64,000 nt of DNA from Chitinophagales bacterium (lineage in GTDB: Bacteria > Bacteroidota > Bacteroidia > Chitinophagales > LD1), in contig JAXLUO010000002.1 of assembly GCA_046329495.1 (NCBI GenBank), positions 268,997 to 332,996 of the forward strand, read 5' to 3'. Both the position numbers and the translations under genes were made by a program. Below the pieces are notes generated by a model. It was not told the DNA's origin. It saw only the letters and a list, made by a program, of their open reading frames with translations, and searched no databases. Shown here one piece after another: positions 10,201-19,662 of the stretch. Each line of letters opens with the position of its first letter. Positions within the stretch are counted from its first letter, which is position 1.

Positions 10201-13200
10201 CTACTGTTGCACAAAATGCTTCGTTGGTAGTTAGCACTACGGTTACAAATGTAAGCTGTAACGGCGCCAACAATGGCGTAATTAGCGTTACTGCTACAGG
10301 CGGCACTACTCCTTACACGTTTGTATGGGCAGGCGGTGGTAACGCACAAGTACGCACTAATACCCCGGCTGGCACCTACACAGTAACCGTAAACGACAAT
10401 GCAGGTTGCAATGGCACTGCCACTGCCACTATAACCGAGCCAGCAGCCTTAACCGTAAACGCTACTGCTACTCCTGTTATTTGTAACGGGGGTTCAACAG
10501 GAAACATTAGCCTGACCGTTAGCGGCGGCACAGGTGCTTATACCTTTAACTGGGGCGGTGGTATTACCACACAAAACCGCACTAACATTGCTGCAGGCAC
10601 TTACAATGTAACTGTTACCGATGCTGCTTCTTGCACTGCAACAACTTCGGCTACCATAACACAACCTGCTGCTTTAAGCCTTAGCACCACTAAAACCGAT
10701 GTATTGTGCAAGAGCGCTGCTACCGGTGCAGTTACCTTAACAGTAACCGGTGGTAACGGGGGCAATAGCTTTAACTGGAGCAACAGTGCCGTATCGCAAA
10801 ACATAAGCAACGTGGTTGCCAATACTTATAGCGTAACTGTAACCGATAACAAAGGTTGTTCGGCTACTACATCAACCACTATTACTGAGCCTACTGCCAT
10901 TAGCGCATCAACTGCTGTAACTAACCCTACCTGCAATGGCAGCAGCAACGGCAGCATTGCCTTAACAGTAAGCGGTGGAGCAGGCAGCTATAGCTATAAC
11001 TGGAGCAATAGCAGCAGCTCACAAAACATAAGCTCATTAAACGCAGGCACATTTACCGTTACTATTACCGACGGTAACAGCTGCACCACAACTACCTCGG
11101 CAACCGTTACACAACCGGCTGTGGTTGTTGTTAACGAAACACATAACAACATTGGTTGCAACGGCAGCAACAGCGGTGTAATAAACACCACTGTTAGCGG
11201 CGGAACCGGAGCTTATACGTACGTATGGAGCAACGGTGCAACTACCAGCAACATCAGCAATCTTTCTGTTGGCAGCTACACTGTTACAGTAAAAGATGCC
11301 AATAACTGCAGCGCAACCAATTCAGCCAATATTACCCAACCCGCCGCTTTAACGGTAACCCAAACACATGTTGATGTGCTTTGCAACGGCAGCAGCACAG
11401 GTAGCATTACATTAACTGTAACCGGTGGCACAGGCCCGCACAGCTTTGTATGGAATGACGGTGCTACTTCGCAAAACAGAACCAACATTGCAGCAGGCTC
11501 ATACAGTGTAACTGTTACAGATGCAAACCACTGCGCAGCCAACGCCGCTGCAACCTTAACCCAGCCAACTGCTGTTGTTGCCAGCACCACCAAAACCGAT
11601 GTGGTTTGTAACGGTGCTTCAACAGGCAGCATTGATTTAACCGTAAGCGGTGGCACCGGCACTTATACTTACCAGTGGAATAACTTCCAATTCATTCAAG
11701 ACATTAGCGGAGTTCCTGCCGGTAACTATACTGTAACCATTACCGACGGTAACGGCTGTAACAAAGTAGTAGCAACCACTATCAGCCAACCTGCTCCTAT
11801 CGCCATTGGTGTAAACGTAACCAATGTTACTTGCTATGGTGCTGCCAACGGTGCCATTACCACTACCATTAGCGGTGGCAACGGTGGTTTCAGCTACCTG
11901 TGGAACAATGGTGCCACTACTCAAAACCTGAGCACTTTAGTAGCCGGCAATTACATTCTTACTGTAACTGATATGATGGGCTGTAATGCCAACTTGAACC
12001 TGAACGTTTCTCAACCTTCACCAATTGTATTAACCCAAACCCACACCAACGTTAGCTGCAATGGCACCAATACCGGCGCAATTGATTTAAGTGCAAGCGG
12101 TGGTGCAGGTGTATACAACTATGTATGGAGCAACGGCGCCACTACCCAGGACATTAACGGCCTGGCTTCCGGCACCTACACCGTATCTGCTACCGATGGC
12201 AGCAGCTGCAGCGTATCGCTAAGCGTGGTATTATCGCAACCAACCGCTATGTCGCTTTCAACTACCGTTGTTGATGCGGTTTGTAATGGTAGCAATACAG
12301 GCGCTGTAAACTTAACCGTTACCGGTGGTGGTACACCTTATCAATACTTATGGAGCAATGCGGCTACTACACAGAACCTTAATAACGTGGCTTCGGGTAC
12401 TTACAGCGTTGTTGTAACCGATGCCAACAATTGCACTGCAGGCACATCAGCAACCGTTAATCAATCGGGTGCTATAAGTGTTAGCTTAAGCAAAACCGAT
12501 GCAAGCTGTTTTGGCGGCGCCAACGGCAGCATATTAACCAACGTAAGCGGTGGTTCGGGCAGCTATACCTACAACTGGAACAACAGCGCCACTACCGGCA
12601 CTATCAGCAATCTTAGCAGCGGCACTTATACCGTTACCGTGCATGATGCAAGCAATTGTTCAGCAGTTGCATCGGCTACCGTATCAGCCCCAACCCAAAT
12701 TCAAATCAGCGAAACACATACCAACGTAGGTTGTAACGGCGGCAGCAATGCCACCATCAATGCTACTGTAAATGGTGGCGTTGCACCTTATAACTATACC
12801 TGGAACACAGGCAGCAGCAACAACAGTATTAACAGCCTGAATGCAGGATCTTATACTTTACTGGTAACAGACGCTAACACCTGCACCGTTATCACTTCGG
12901 TAATTATTACCGAACCAACAGCCATTGCCTTAAGCGAAACACATACACCATATGCCTGCAGCAACAGCGCCGGCAGCATTCAATTAAGTGTAAACGGTGG
13001 CACTGCCCCTTACAACTATAACTGGAACAGCGGTTCAACCACCCAAAATCAAACCAACCTGGTTGCAGGGGCTTATCAGGTAACTGTAAGCGATGCTAAT
13101 AATTGCAGTGCAACCATTGCAACCTCTATCGCTGCACTACCGGCGCTAAGCACCTCGTTAACCAAAACCGATATTACCTGCTTTGGTGTAGCCAGCGGTG

Positions 13201-14567
13201 CTATTGATTTAACTGTAACCGGTGGTTCTTCACCATATACCTACAATTGGACGAATGGTGCAACTTCGCAAGACCCAAGCGGTTTAGCTGCGGGTGTGTA
13301 TACCGTAACTATTAGCGATGCTAAAAACTGTAATGCTACTTTATCGGCTACCATTGTTCAACCTGCACAAATAAGTGTTAACCATACTGCAACCGGTATT
13401 GCCTGCTTTGGCGGCTCTAACGGCGCTATCAACGTAACTGTTAACGGCGGTGTAGGCCCTTACACTTACCTGTGGAATAATAGCTCAACCGGCAATAGCA
13501 TTAACAACCTGAACACAGGCAGTTATGCAGTAACCGTTACCGATGCTAACAATTGCACCACTGTTAAAAACAACATGCTGGTTACCGAGCCTACCCAATT
13601 AACGGCTACTGCTGCAGTTACCAACGTAGGTTGTTCATCTAACAACGATGGTGAAATAAACGTAACACCTGCGGGTGGTACTCCACCATACCACTTTAAC
13701 TGGAGCAACCTGGCAACTTCTGCCCGTATTATTAACCTGACTGTAGGCAACTACGATGTTACCGTAACCGATAACAACGGCTGTAGCACAACAAAACAAA
13801 ACACTGTTGGCTTAACTGCTCCTATTCAGATTGCATCGAGTGTAGCTAACACTTCTTGTCCGCAGGTGCAGAACGGCGCTATTGATCTGAGCATCAGCGG
13901 CGGCACACCGGGCTTTACCTTTAACTGGAACAATGGTGAAACTACCGAAGACATTGACCACCTGAGCCAGGGCAACTACAATATAGTAGTAACGGATACA
14001 CGTAACTGTACCGCCGCTGCAAGCTTTAACATTACCTTCGATTATGTTTTAAGTGTGCAGGCCTCCCCATCAACCGAAATTAACTTAGGCGAAGAAGTGC
14101 AACTGACCGCAACTGCCAATGTTGACCATAGCAATGTTTATAGCTGGACCCCGGCTTTAAACACCATGTGTTCTAACTGTGCCAACACCAAAGCAGTGCC
14201 TACCCACGATACACATTACACTGTTACTGTGGTTGATGCCAACGGTTGCAGCGCCAGCGATACTACTTCGGTTAGCGTTAACTCCATTACCGATGTATTT
14301 ATCCCGAACGCCTTTACACCTAATAACGATGGCAACAACGACGTTTACCAGTTGGAAGGCGACTTGAACACCATTGAATACCTGGACTTCAAGATATTCA
14401 ACCGTTGGGGTGAACTGGTTTACGAAAGCATGGACCACAACTTCCACTGGGATGGAACTTACAAAGGTCAGCCGGTTGACCGCGGTGTTTACATCTACAC
14501 TATGAAGGTAGTATTCATCAACGGTTACAAGCGCGACTACAAAGGTTCGATAACAGTATTGAAATAA
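7221..14567 (+). CDS. giant SprB-repeat cell-surface protein with T9SS type B (CHU_C / gliding-motility-associated) C-terminal domain
   Basis: ATG at 7221 gives a signal peptide, MRRKLRALALTLALIGAFATTRA. The listed ORF start at 7101 is a TTG extension without signal features. About 29 units follow of C.G...G.I...V.GG..PY.Y.W..G.TTQ....L.AG.Y.VTVTD..GC. The C-terminus reads FIPNAFTPNNDGNNDVY...FNRWGELVY...WDGTYKGQPVDRGVYIY. Confidence 0.87.
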   Translation: MRRKLRALALTLALIGAFATTRAVSLTETHTNATCYAGTTGSINVTVNGGTAPFSFAWSDGPTTEDRTNLGAGTYGVTVTDFGGATAALSVSITQGASINTSFAITHVSCGGGNTGAVDLSVTGGVAGYTYLWGDGTTSQDRTNLIAALYYVTVTDAIGCQKIDSANVTQPAGMVLTKTTTNVTCGSGSNGAINLTVQFGTPGYTYHWNDNATTEDRTGIAAGTWNVTVTDATGCTASTSATVNQSGSGMSINKTLTNPTCNGAANGSINVTTVIGSVGPYTFNWSNGATTQNATGLSAGTYTVTATSTTGCTASATATLTQPTAISVNLNVISVTCYNGSNGAINTTTTGGTSPYSYNWGSGVVTQNRTGLSAGNYNVTVTDFKGCTATATAYVPQPLDLVATAVPSQLACTGGPSGSVFTAVNGGNGPYTYNWGGGVVTQDRVNIPSGNYSVTVTDANGCTAVAAATITAYTPMTLNSTQVNNLCFGGSTGSVDLTPTNGWTPYSYAWSNGPTTQDVNTLASGNYTVTVTDNHNCTVTKTVTITQPAFGVTINATVTDVNCFNGTDGAISLSVTNGATPYTYNWGGGITSQNRTNLAAGAYNVTVTDNNGCTANSSYTITAPLAISLNTTATNISCNGGNTGAISLTVSGGYAPYTYNWGGGITTQNRSNLVAGTYSVTVTDTRSCSASTSVTVTQMPAVSVTVTPSNVACNGGTSGGITTNVSGGTSPYSFNWGGGVTTQNRTNLSAGSYTVSVSDNLGCTASGNATITEPAAISASSTVTNVACAGGNTGAINLSVSGGTSPYSFNWGGGVTTQNPTNLATGSYTVTITDNSSCTLTHTATISQATTLTVSTTNTNVSCNGGNNGAISVTATGGTSPYTYAWNVGGNTNSKSGLTAGNYIVTVTDNVGCSIASNQTITEPAAIAVTPTVTNVACAGGNTGAISLGVTGGTSPYTFNWGGGVTTQNRTNLVAATYNVTVTDNALCSASSSATVAQNASLVVSTTVTNVSCNGANNGVISVTATGGTTPYTFVWAGGGNAQVRTNTPAGTYTVTVNDNAGCNGTATATITEPAALTVNATATPVICNGGSTGNISLTVSGGTGAYTFNWGGGITTQNRTNIAAGTYNVTVTDAASCTATTSATITQPAALSLSTTKTDVLCKSAATGAVTLTVTGGNGGNSFNWSNSAVSQNISNVVANTYSVTVTDNKGCSATTSTTITEPTAISASTAVTNPTCNGSSNGSIALTVSGGAGSYSYNWSNSSSSQNISSLNAGTFTVTITDGNSCTTTTSATVTQPAVVVVNETHNNIGCNGSNSGVINTTVSGGTGAYTYVWSNGATTSNISNLSVGSYTVTVKDANNCSATNSANITQPAALTVTQTHVDVLCNGSSTGSITLTVTGGTGPHSFVWNDGATSQNRTNIAAGSYSVTVTDANHCAANAAATLTQPTAVVASTTKTDVVCNGASTGSIDLTVSGGTGTYTYQWNNFQFIQDISGVPAGNYTVTITDGNGCNKVVATTISQPAPIAIGVNVTNVTCYGAANGAITTTISGGNGGFSYLWNNGATTQNLSTLVAGNYILTVTDMMGCNANLNLNVSQPSPIVLTQTHTNVSCNGTNTGAIDLSASGGAGVYNYVWSNGATTQDINGLASGTYTVSATDGSSCSVSLSVVLSQPTAMSLSTTVVDAVCNGSNTGAVNLTVTGGGTPYQYLWSNAATTQNLNNVASGTYSVVVTDANNCTAGTSATVNQSGAISVSLSKTDASCFGGANGSILTNVSGGSGSYTYNWNNSATTGTISNLSSGTYTVTVHDASNCSAVASATVSAPTQIQISETHTNVGCNGGSNATINATVNGGVAPYNYTWNTGSSNNSINSLNAGSYTLLVTDANTCTVITSVIITEPTAIALSETHTPYACSNSAGSIQLSVNGGTAPYNYNWNSGSTTQNQTNLVAGAYQVTVSDANNCSATIATSIAALPALSTSLTKTDITCFGVASGAIDLTVTGGSSPYTYNWTNGATSQDPSGLAAGVYTVTISDAKNCNATLSATIVQPAQISVNHTATGIACFGGSNGAINVTVNGGVGPYTYLWNNSSTGNSINNLNTGSYAVTVTDANNCTTVKNNMLVTEPTQLTATAAVTNVGCSSNNDGEINVTPAGGTPPYHFNWSNLATSARIINLTVGNYDVTVTDNNGCSTTKQNTVGLTAPIQIASSVANTSCPQVQNGAIDLSISGGTPGFTFNWNNGETTEDIDHLSQGNYNIVVTDTRNCTAAASFNITFDYVLSVQASPSTEINLGEEVQLTATANVDHSNVYSWTPALNTMCSNCANTKAVPTHDTHYTVTVVDANGCSASDTTSVSVNSITDVFIPNAFTPNNDGNNDVYQLEGDLNTIEYLDFKIFNRWGELVYESMDHNFHWDGTYKGQPVDRGVYIYTMKVVFINGYKRDYKGSITVLK
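7296..14045 (+). repeat. in-frame array of about 75-78-aa (about 230 bp) SprB repeats
   Basis: The Cys...GG.PY...W...TVTD..GC unit recurs through the whole ORF. The copies are diverged at DNA level and the array is coding, not a CRISPR. Confidence 0.85.
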
Positions 14568-14597
14568 AGATTTTCATGATCGGTTTTTTATTCCTTC

Positions 14598-14627
14598 AAA
14601 AAAGGCAGCGTAGTCTGCCTTTTTTTA
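14598..14627 (+). terminator. rho-independent terminator after the giant gene
   Basis: aaaaaaggcag-cgtagt-ctgccttttttt: a GC stem flanked by an A-run and a T7 run, 31 nt after the stop. Confidence 0.7.
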
Positions 14628-14697
14628 TTGTAGTAAACCCAGCGGCTAAACTTTAACTTTTTAGTTCCTCCGGATATTCGCAATTTCATATCCCGAT

Positions 14698-15888
14698 ATG
14701 GAATTCGCCATTGTAGATATTGAAACCACCGGTGGTTATGCTTCGGCCAACAGCATAACCGAAGTTTCCATACGGATACACGATGGCAAAAAAGAACTTA
14801 GCAATTACCAAACCCTGGTAAAGCCCGATACGGAGATTCCGTACTATATAACCGGCTTAACCGGCATTACCAACCAGATGGTGGAAAATGCTCCGGAATT
14901 TGAAGAGGTGGCAGCACAGATCTACGGTTTGTTGCAGGGCCGCATTTTTGTAGCACACAGCGTGAACTTTGATTACTCGTTCCTAAAAAAGCAATTGGCC
15001 GATTGCGGGTTTGAATTGAATACCAAAAAGCTTTGCACCATTAGGCTTAGCCGAAAAATACTGCCGGGATTGCCGGGCTATGGGTTAGGTAAAATTTGCG
15101 GTTACCTGGGCATTACCAACACAGCACGGCACCGGGCTGCAGGCGACACAGCGGCTACGGTACAGCTATTTGAGCATTTGCTAAAAAATGACACGGGCAA
15201 CATAATTGCGGCGGCTTTAAAAAAGGGAAGCAAGGAACAAGCTTTACCGCCTAACGTGCCGCGCGAAGAATTTGACCGGCTACCGCAAACACCGGGGGTT
15301 TATTACTTCCACAACAGTAAAGGCAAGATTGTATATGTAGGAAAGGCCAAGAGCCTGAAAAAGAGGGTAAGCAGCCATTTCAGCAATAACGCCCCCGGCA
15401 GGCAGAAGCAAAACTTTATGCGGGAGGTTTTCCATATCTCGTTCAAGGAGTGCGACAACGAGTTTGAAGCCCTTGAGTTTGAAACAAAAGAGATAAAAAG
15501 GCTATGGCCGGCCTTTAACCAGGCACAAAAACGTTATGAACCTGCATTTGCTATTATAGACTACTACGACCAGTTGGGGTTTCGAAGGCTGGCGATTGAA
15601 AAGTTAAAGAGGAAGGGGCAAGCGCCCCTCCATTTTCCCACTTACATTGATGGATTTAATGCACTTAAACAACTGAGTGTTACCTATTCGTTATGTCCGC
15701 GATTAAGTGGTATTGCCACCGATCGCACTTTATGCGAAGCCAGCAACTGCAGTTGTTTGCAGGAAACAGCCAATGAAGCGTATAACAACCGCGTTACCGA
15801 GGCAATAAGTTCCCTGCAGTTGATTGCCGGTGAAACTTCAGCAGAAGCCATGTTAAATAATTCTTTGCCCGGCATATTTCAGCTCTGA
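14698..15888 (+). CDS. DnaQ-like 3-prime-5-prime exonuclease fused to a GIY-YIG (UvrC/Cho-like) nuclease domain
   Basis: Exo I is AIVDIETTG, Exo II is HSVNFDYSFL and Exo III is HRAAGDTAAT. These are followed by the GIY-YIG pattern GVYYFHNSKGKIVYVGKAKSLKKRVSSHF ... EIKRLWPAFN. Confidence 0.8.
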   Translation: MEFAIVDIETTGGYASANSITEVSIRIHDGKKELSNYQTLVKPDTEIPYYITGLTGITNQMVENAPEFEEVAAQIYGLLQGRIFVAHSVNFDYSFLKKQLADCGFELNTKKLCTIRLSRKILPGLPGYGLGKICGYLGITNTARHRAAGDTAATVQLFEHLLKNDTGNIIAAALKKGSKEQALPPNVPREEFDRLPQTPGVYYFHNSKGKIVYVGKAKSLKKRVSSHFSNNAPGRQKQNFMREVFHISFKECDNEFEALEFETKEIKRLWPAFNQAQKRYEPAFAIIDYYDQLGFRRLAIEKLKRKGQAPLHFPTYIDGFNALKQLSVTYSLCPRLSGIATDRTLCEASNCSCLQETANEAYNNRVTEAISSLQLIAGETSAEAMLNNSLPGIFQL

Positions 15889-15927
15889 TAAGCCCACATT
15901 CAAAAGGCTATAATGTAGCTTTGCGTA

Positions 15928-16695
15928 ATGGCAAAAAAGAAGGGCCATAAAGTAACCGCTTATTACCGTAAGCTGCATCTGCAATGCATACAATCGCTTG
16001 AACAATATTTGCAAAGCGGTAATAAGGAAGCTATGCACGAACTGCGCGTGAGCTTAAAAAAACTGGATGCCCTGTTTTGGCTTGCCAATAAATTATTGCC
16101 GGATTTTAAACGCAGGAAGCTATATTCAACTTACCACAATTTATTCAAGCGGGCAGGTATTATCCGCGATGCGCAGGTACAACTTGAATTGCTCGAAACG
16201 TTTGACAAGGAAGGGGATCTTGCAGCAGTTTCGCAACATCTTAAAAATGAAATTACCGACCAGCATCAAAAACTTGTAACTGCTGCGCCTGACCTACAAT
16301 TACAATTGCACAAATTACCGATAACCATACCACCTTACTTCAACCAAATACAGACAAAAGCAGTTGCAGGGTTTACGGAAAAACTGATTAAGAAGCAGGA
16401 GAAAAACTGGAAGGAAGTACCTTCAAAAAAAAATCTGCACAGTTCCCGAAAACCGATTAAGCACTTGCTTTACATCGATGATTTTTTGTTGGAAACTGAC
16501 AAAAAGCTATTGAGCAAAAAGCAATCTAAGCATTGGGATAAGCTACAACAAAGGATAGGTGATTACCATGATTGCGCCCGTTTACTAAACATCTTAAAAG
16601 GAAGTAAACAGAAAGATGTTACCACCCGGATTAAACAGCATTTGAAGGGATTAGATAAGCAAATAGCCAAGATGGCCCTTAAAGTAGCTGCTTAA
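15928..16695 (+). CDS. CHAD-domain-like protein
   Basis: All-helical, Lys/His-rich 255-aa protein with HELRVSLKKLDALF and a late DYHDCARL motif, as in CHAD domains. No CYTH partner lies in the window. Confidence 0.55.
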   Translation: MAKKKGHKVTAYYRKLHLQCIQSLEQYLQSGNKEAMHELRVSLKKLDALFWLANKLLPDFKRRKLYSTYHNLFKRAGIIRDAQVQLELLETFDKEGDLAAVSQHLKNEITDQHQKLVTAAPDLQLQLHKLPITIPPYFNQIQTKAVAGFTEKLIKKQEKNWKEVPSKKNLHSSRKPIKHLLYIDDFLLETDKKLLSKKQSKHWDKLQQRIGDYHDCARLLNILKGSKQKDVTTRIKQHLKGLDKQIAKMALKVAA

Positions 16696-16878
16696 ACGAT
16701 TGATTTACAAGCCTCAACAACAACATATACGTCATTTTCTTCTCCGGCCCAAATTCTCCATATTCGGCACCGCTATTATAGCATCTCCTGCCAGATGACA
16801 TTGTCATTTAATTGTCAAATTGGTTGCATGTAATAATTAATCATGTTTGAGGTGTTATCTTTGGCAGTATAGTAATTG

Positions 16879-17418
16879 ATGAAAAGGATTTTAGGCATAC
16901 TTATAGCTGCACTGGCAATTATCCATATTGCCGGCGTTACTCCTTTTTACATAGCTGTATTGCAGTTTATTAAACAGGAAGTTACCGTTGAATTAAGCAA
17001 TGCGAACCGCTTAACAAAGGTAGCAGTTAGTGCTACTGAATTGACAGACCCGACGGTATTCAGCCGGTTAGAAGAAGGAGAGTTTGTATACCGCGGTAAA
17101 CTTTACGATTTCAAAAAAGAAGAACATACGGGTGAAGGGCTTATTTTTTATGCCCTGGAAGACGAAAAAGAAAGTGCCTTGCAAGCCGCGTTAAGCTTTT
17201 TGTACAGCAATACCGCACCAGGTAAAACATCATCGCCATTGGGCAAATTACTGAAGGACTTCAGTAAGGACTATCTTGCAAATGGAGTTGACGTAATGCC
17301 AACTTCTACCCTCACCGTAAATTTTGAATACACTACTACCTATACAACAACAAACCTTATGAAAGGGCACTACAACCAACTTATAAACCCGCCGGATAAC
17401 AGGAATACCCATGCTTGA
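16879..17418 (+). CDS. hypothetical membrane-anchored protein
   Basis: ATG at 16879 (the listed ORF begins one codon earlier at TTG). One N-terminal TM helix. No recognised motif. Confidence 0.45.
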   Translation: MKRILGILIAALAIIHIAGVTPFYIAVLQFIKQEVTVELSNANRLTKVAVSATELTDPTVFSRLEEGEFVYRGKLYDFKKEEHTGEGLIFYALEDEKESALQAALSFLYSNTAPGKTSSPLGKLLKDFSKDYLANGVDVMPTSTLTVNFEYTTTYTTTNLMKGHYNQLINPPDNRNTHA

Positions 17419-17456
17419 TACGTATTCCAAATTCATTTAAACATTAATAGTTATCC

Positions 17457-19565
17457 ATGAAAAAACAATTTTTACTCCTTGCTTCGGCTTTGCTATTGAG
17501 CCTGATGCCTGCTGCTGTTATAGCACAAGGCCTTAGTTGTGGCAGCGATGGAATGCGCCAGAAGTTAGCGGCAGAACATCCTGAAATTTTACAGGAAGAA
17601 GCCGAGCAGGAAGCCTTTACACAAAGTTTTGTTGCCGATTATTTTAAAAATCACGATGCCCGCTCAGGCCCTTATATCATACCAATTGTATTCCATATCA
17701 TTCACCAGGGTGGACCTGAAAATATTTCAGATGCTCAGGTAATTGACCAGGTGCGCATACTTAATGATGATTATAACAAACGTAATGCTGATACCGCCGA
17801 TGTTATTCCCATCTTTAAATCAATTATAGCAAACGTTGGCATTGAATTCCGCCTGGCCAACATTGACCCCTGGGGGCGTTGCACCAACGGCATTGACCGC
17901 GTTAACAGTTGCCAAACCTTCTCGGGTAATGATTATTCGAAATTGAACGGTTGGCCTCGCGAAAAGTATTTGAATGTTTGGGTTGTTAGCCGAATGGAAA
18001 ATGGTGTGGCAGGTTATGCCTATTACCCGGGTTCTGTGAGCGCCATCTATAACTTCCCCGACCGTGATGGTGTAATTATATTAAGTGACTATATAGGAAG
18101 CATAGGCACCAGCAGTGCTTACACTTCGCGTGCATTAACGCATGAGATAGGACACTATTTAAACCTGAAACACCCGTGGGGTGATACCAACAGCCCGGGT
18201 ATTTCCTGCGGTGATGATAATGTGGATGACACGCCCATTACCAGGGGAAGTACCAGTTGTAACCTTGGTTTAAACTATTGTGTTCCCGGTACTATCGAAA
18301 ACGTTCAGAACTATATGGATTACTCCTATTGTTCGAAAATGTTTACCGCAGACCAAAAGATACGGATGCTGGCCGCATTAGAATCGGATAAGGCGGATCG
18401 GAACAATTTGTATACCCAGGCTAACCTGGTTGCTACCGGTACGGACGATTTAACTTACAATGATTGTGCGCCTGTGGCTGATTTCAATGCATCGAAGCGA
18501 TATATCTGCGTAGGTGATAATGTAACCATGCGCGATTGCTCGTTCAACGGTGCGGTAGATACTTATTTCTGGGAATTCCCCAACGGCACTCCTTCCACTT
18601 CAACGGCGCAAAATCCTAATGTGCAGTTTCTGGTAGCCGGCTGGCAGCCTGTAAAGCTTACCATTACCAATGCACTTGGCACCAGCACCAAAACCAATAA
18701 CGAGTTGGTGTATGTATCGTATGGTAATGCACTTTTGCCGGCACCTTATTATGAAGACTTCGAGACTCCCGGTAAAATCAATGAAAATGAATGGGCTTCT
18801 GTAAATGTAGACAATGATCAAACAGCTTTCCGCCAGGTTGATATTGCATCGCACACAGGTTCGCGCAGCATGCAGGTTGATAATTACTATACCCATGCAG
18901 ACCATGACATTGACGAACTAATTTCTCCGGGTATTGATTTAAGCCAGTTGACCAATTCGCAAATGACACTTAGTTTTTATTACTCACTTGCTTCGTGGAA
19001 CCAATCGTTTATTGACCTTGCTGATTCTATTGCCGTTTTGGCAAGCACCAACTGTGGTGGTAACTGGGTTAATATTTATAAGAAGGGTGGTTCGGCCATT
19101 GTAAATGCCGGGTATCAGGCAGGTTATTTTGTACCTACACAAGCCTGGGCTTACTGGAAACAGGTAAAAATCAATTTGCCAACAACCTTAAAACAACCAA
19201 ATGTTCACTTTAAGTTTCAGTTGTTCAGTGCAGTTAAAGGCAACAACTTTTATATTGATGACATCAACATTGGTGGCGTAGCTACAGGCCTGGAAGAAAT
19301 TGAAGCAGTTCAAAACGTGCAACTTTTCCCGAATCCTGCTGCCGATGCCACGCAACTAAATTTATCGTTAACCTCTGCACAGCAGGTAAGCGTAAAATTG
19401 TTTGATATTACAGGTAAGGAAGTAGCAGATGTATTGAACGATCGATTAACCGAAGGCGATCATATTGTTTCCATCAACAACCTTTCTTCGTATGCCAGCG
19501 GCATTTATACCGTAAGCATTAGTGCCGGCAATGCCCGTATTAACCAGAAACTGGTGATACAATAA
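17457..19565 (+). CDS. M43 (pappalysin-like) zinc metalloprotease with T9SS type A C-terminal sorting domain
   Basis: Signal peptide present. Zinc motif is HEIGHYLNLKHPWGD. A PKD-like segment reads FNASKRYICVGDNVTMRDCS...WEFPNGTPS. The C-terminus LFPNPAADATQLNL...GIYTVSISAGNARINQKLVIQ is typical of Por_Secre_tail. Confidence 0.82.
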   Translation: MKKQFLLLASALLLSLMPAAVIAQGLSCGSDGMRQKLAAEHPEILQEEAEQEAFTQSFVADYFKNHDARSGPYIIPIVFHIIHQGGPENISDAQVIDQVRILNDDYNKRNADTADVIPIFKSIIANVGIEFRLANIDPWGRCTNGIDRVNSCQTFSGNDYSKLNGWPREKYLNVWVVSRMENGVAGYAYYPGSVSAIYNFPDRDGVIILSDYIGSIGTSSAYTSRALTHEIGHYLNLKHPWGDTNSPGISCGDDNVDDTPITRGSTSCNLGLNYCVPGTIENVQNYMDYSYCSKMFTADQKIRMLAALESDKADRNNLYTQANLVATGTDDLTYNDCAPVADFNASKRYICVGDNVTMRDCSFNGAVDTYFWEFPNGTPSTSTAQNPNVQFLVAGWQPVKLTITNALGTSTKTNNELVYVSYGNALLPAPYYEDFETPGKINENEWASVNVDNDQTAFRQVDIASHTGSRSMQVDNYYTHADHDIDELISPGIDLSQLTNSQMTLSFYYSLASWNQSFIDLADSIAVLASTNCGGNWVNIYKKGGSAIVNAGYQAGYFVPTQAWAYWKQVKINLPTTLKQPNVHFKFQLFSAVKGNNFYIDDINIGGVATGLEEIEAVQNVQLFPNPAADATQLNLSLTSAQQVSVKLFDITGKEVADVLNDRLTEGDHIVSINNLSSYASGIYTVSISAGNARINQKLVIQ

Positions 19566-19585
19566 AATCATAATAAACATTTGCT

Positions 19586-19620
19586 AAGGGGCAAGAACCA
19601 TTGTGTTTTTGCCCTTTTTT
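19586..19620 (+). terminator. probable rho-independent terminator
   Basis: gggcaa (19589-94) pairs with ttgccc (19609-14) and is followed by T6. The loop is rather long at 14 nt. Confidence 0.5.
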
Positions 19621-19662
19621 ATTTCCCCGATTTTTAAATTTACATACATAGTTTAAATAGCC

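Noticed and set aside
11276-11662. 128-aa antisense ORF, and similar ones (9345-9674, 47218-47646, 5647-6039, 6703-7032, 30718-31179), opposite well-supported genes.
   Set aside because: The opposite strand carries a motif-supported CDS in each case. The antisense products are low-complexity and have no recognisable features.
7296-14045. Regular repeat periodicity of about 230 bp (also at 40000-45000 and 48900-52200) that might be mistaken for a CRISPR-like or satellite array.
   Set aside because: The repeats lie in frame within long ORFs and are conserved at protein rather than DNA level. There is no repeat/spacer alternation. They are SprB protein repeats.
16425-16433. A9 homopolymer inside the CHAD-like gene (encodes SKKN).
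   Set aside because: A-runs encoding Lys are common in this Lys-rich cytoplasmic protein. There is nothing to suggest phase variation, unlike the G9 tract in the surface fibre gene.
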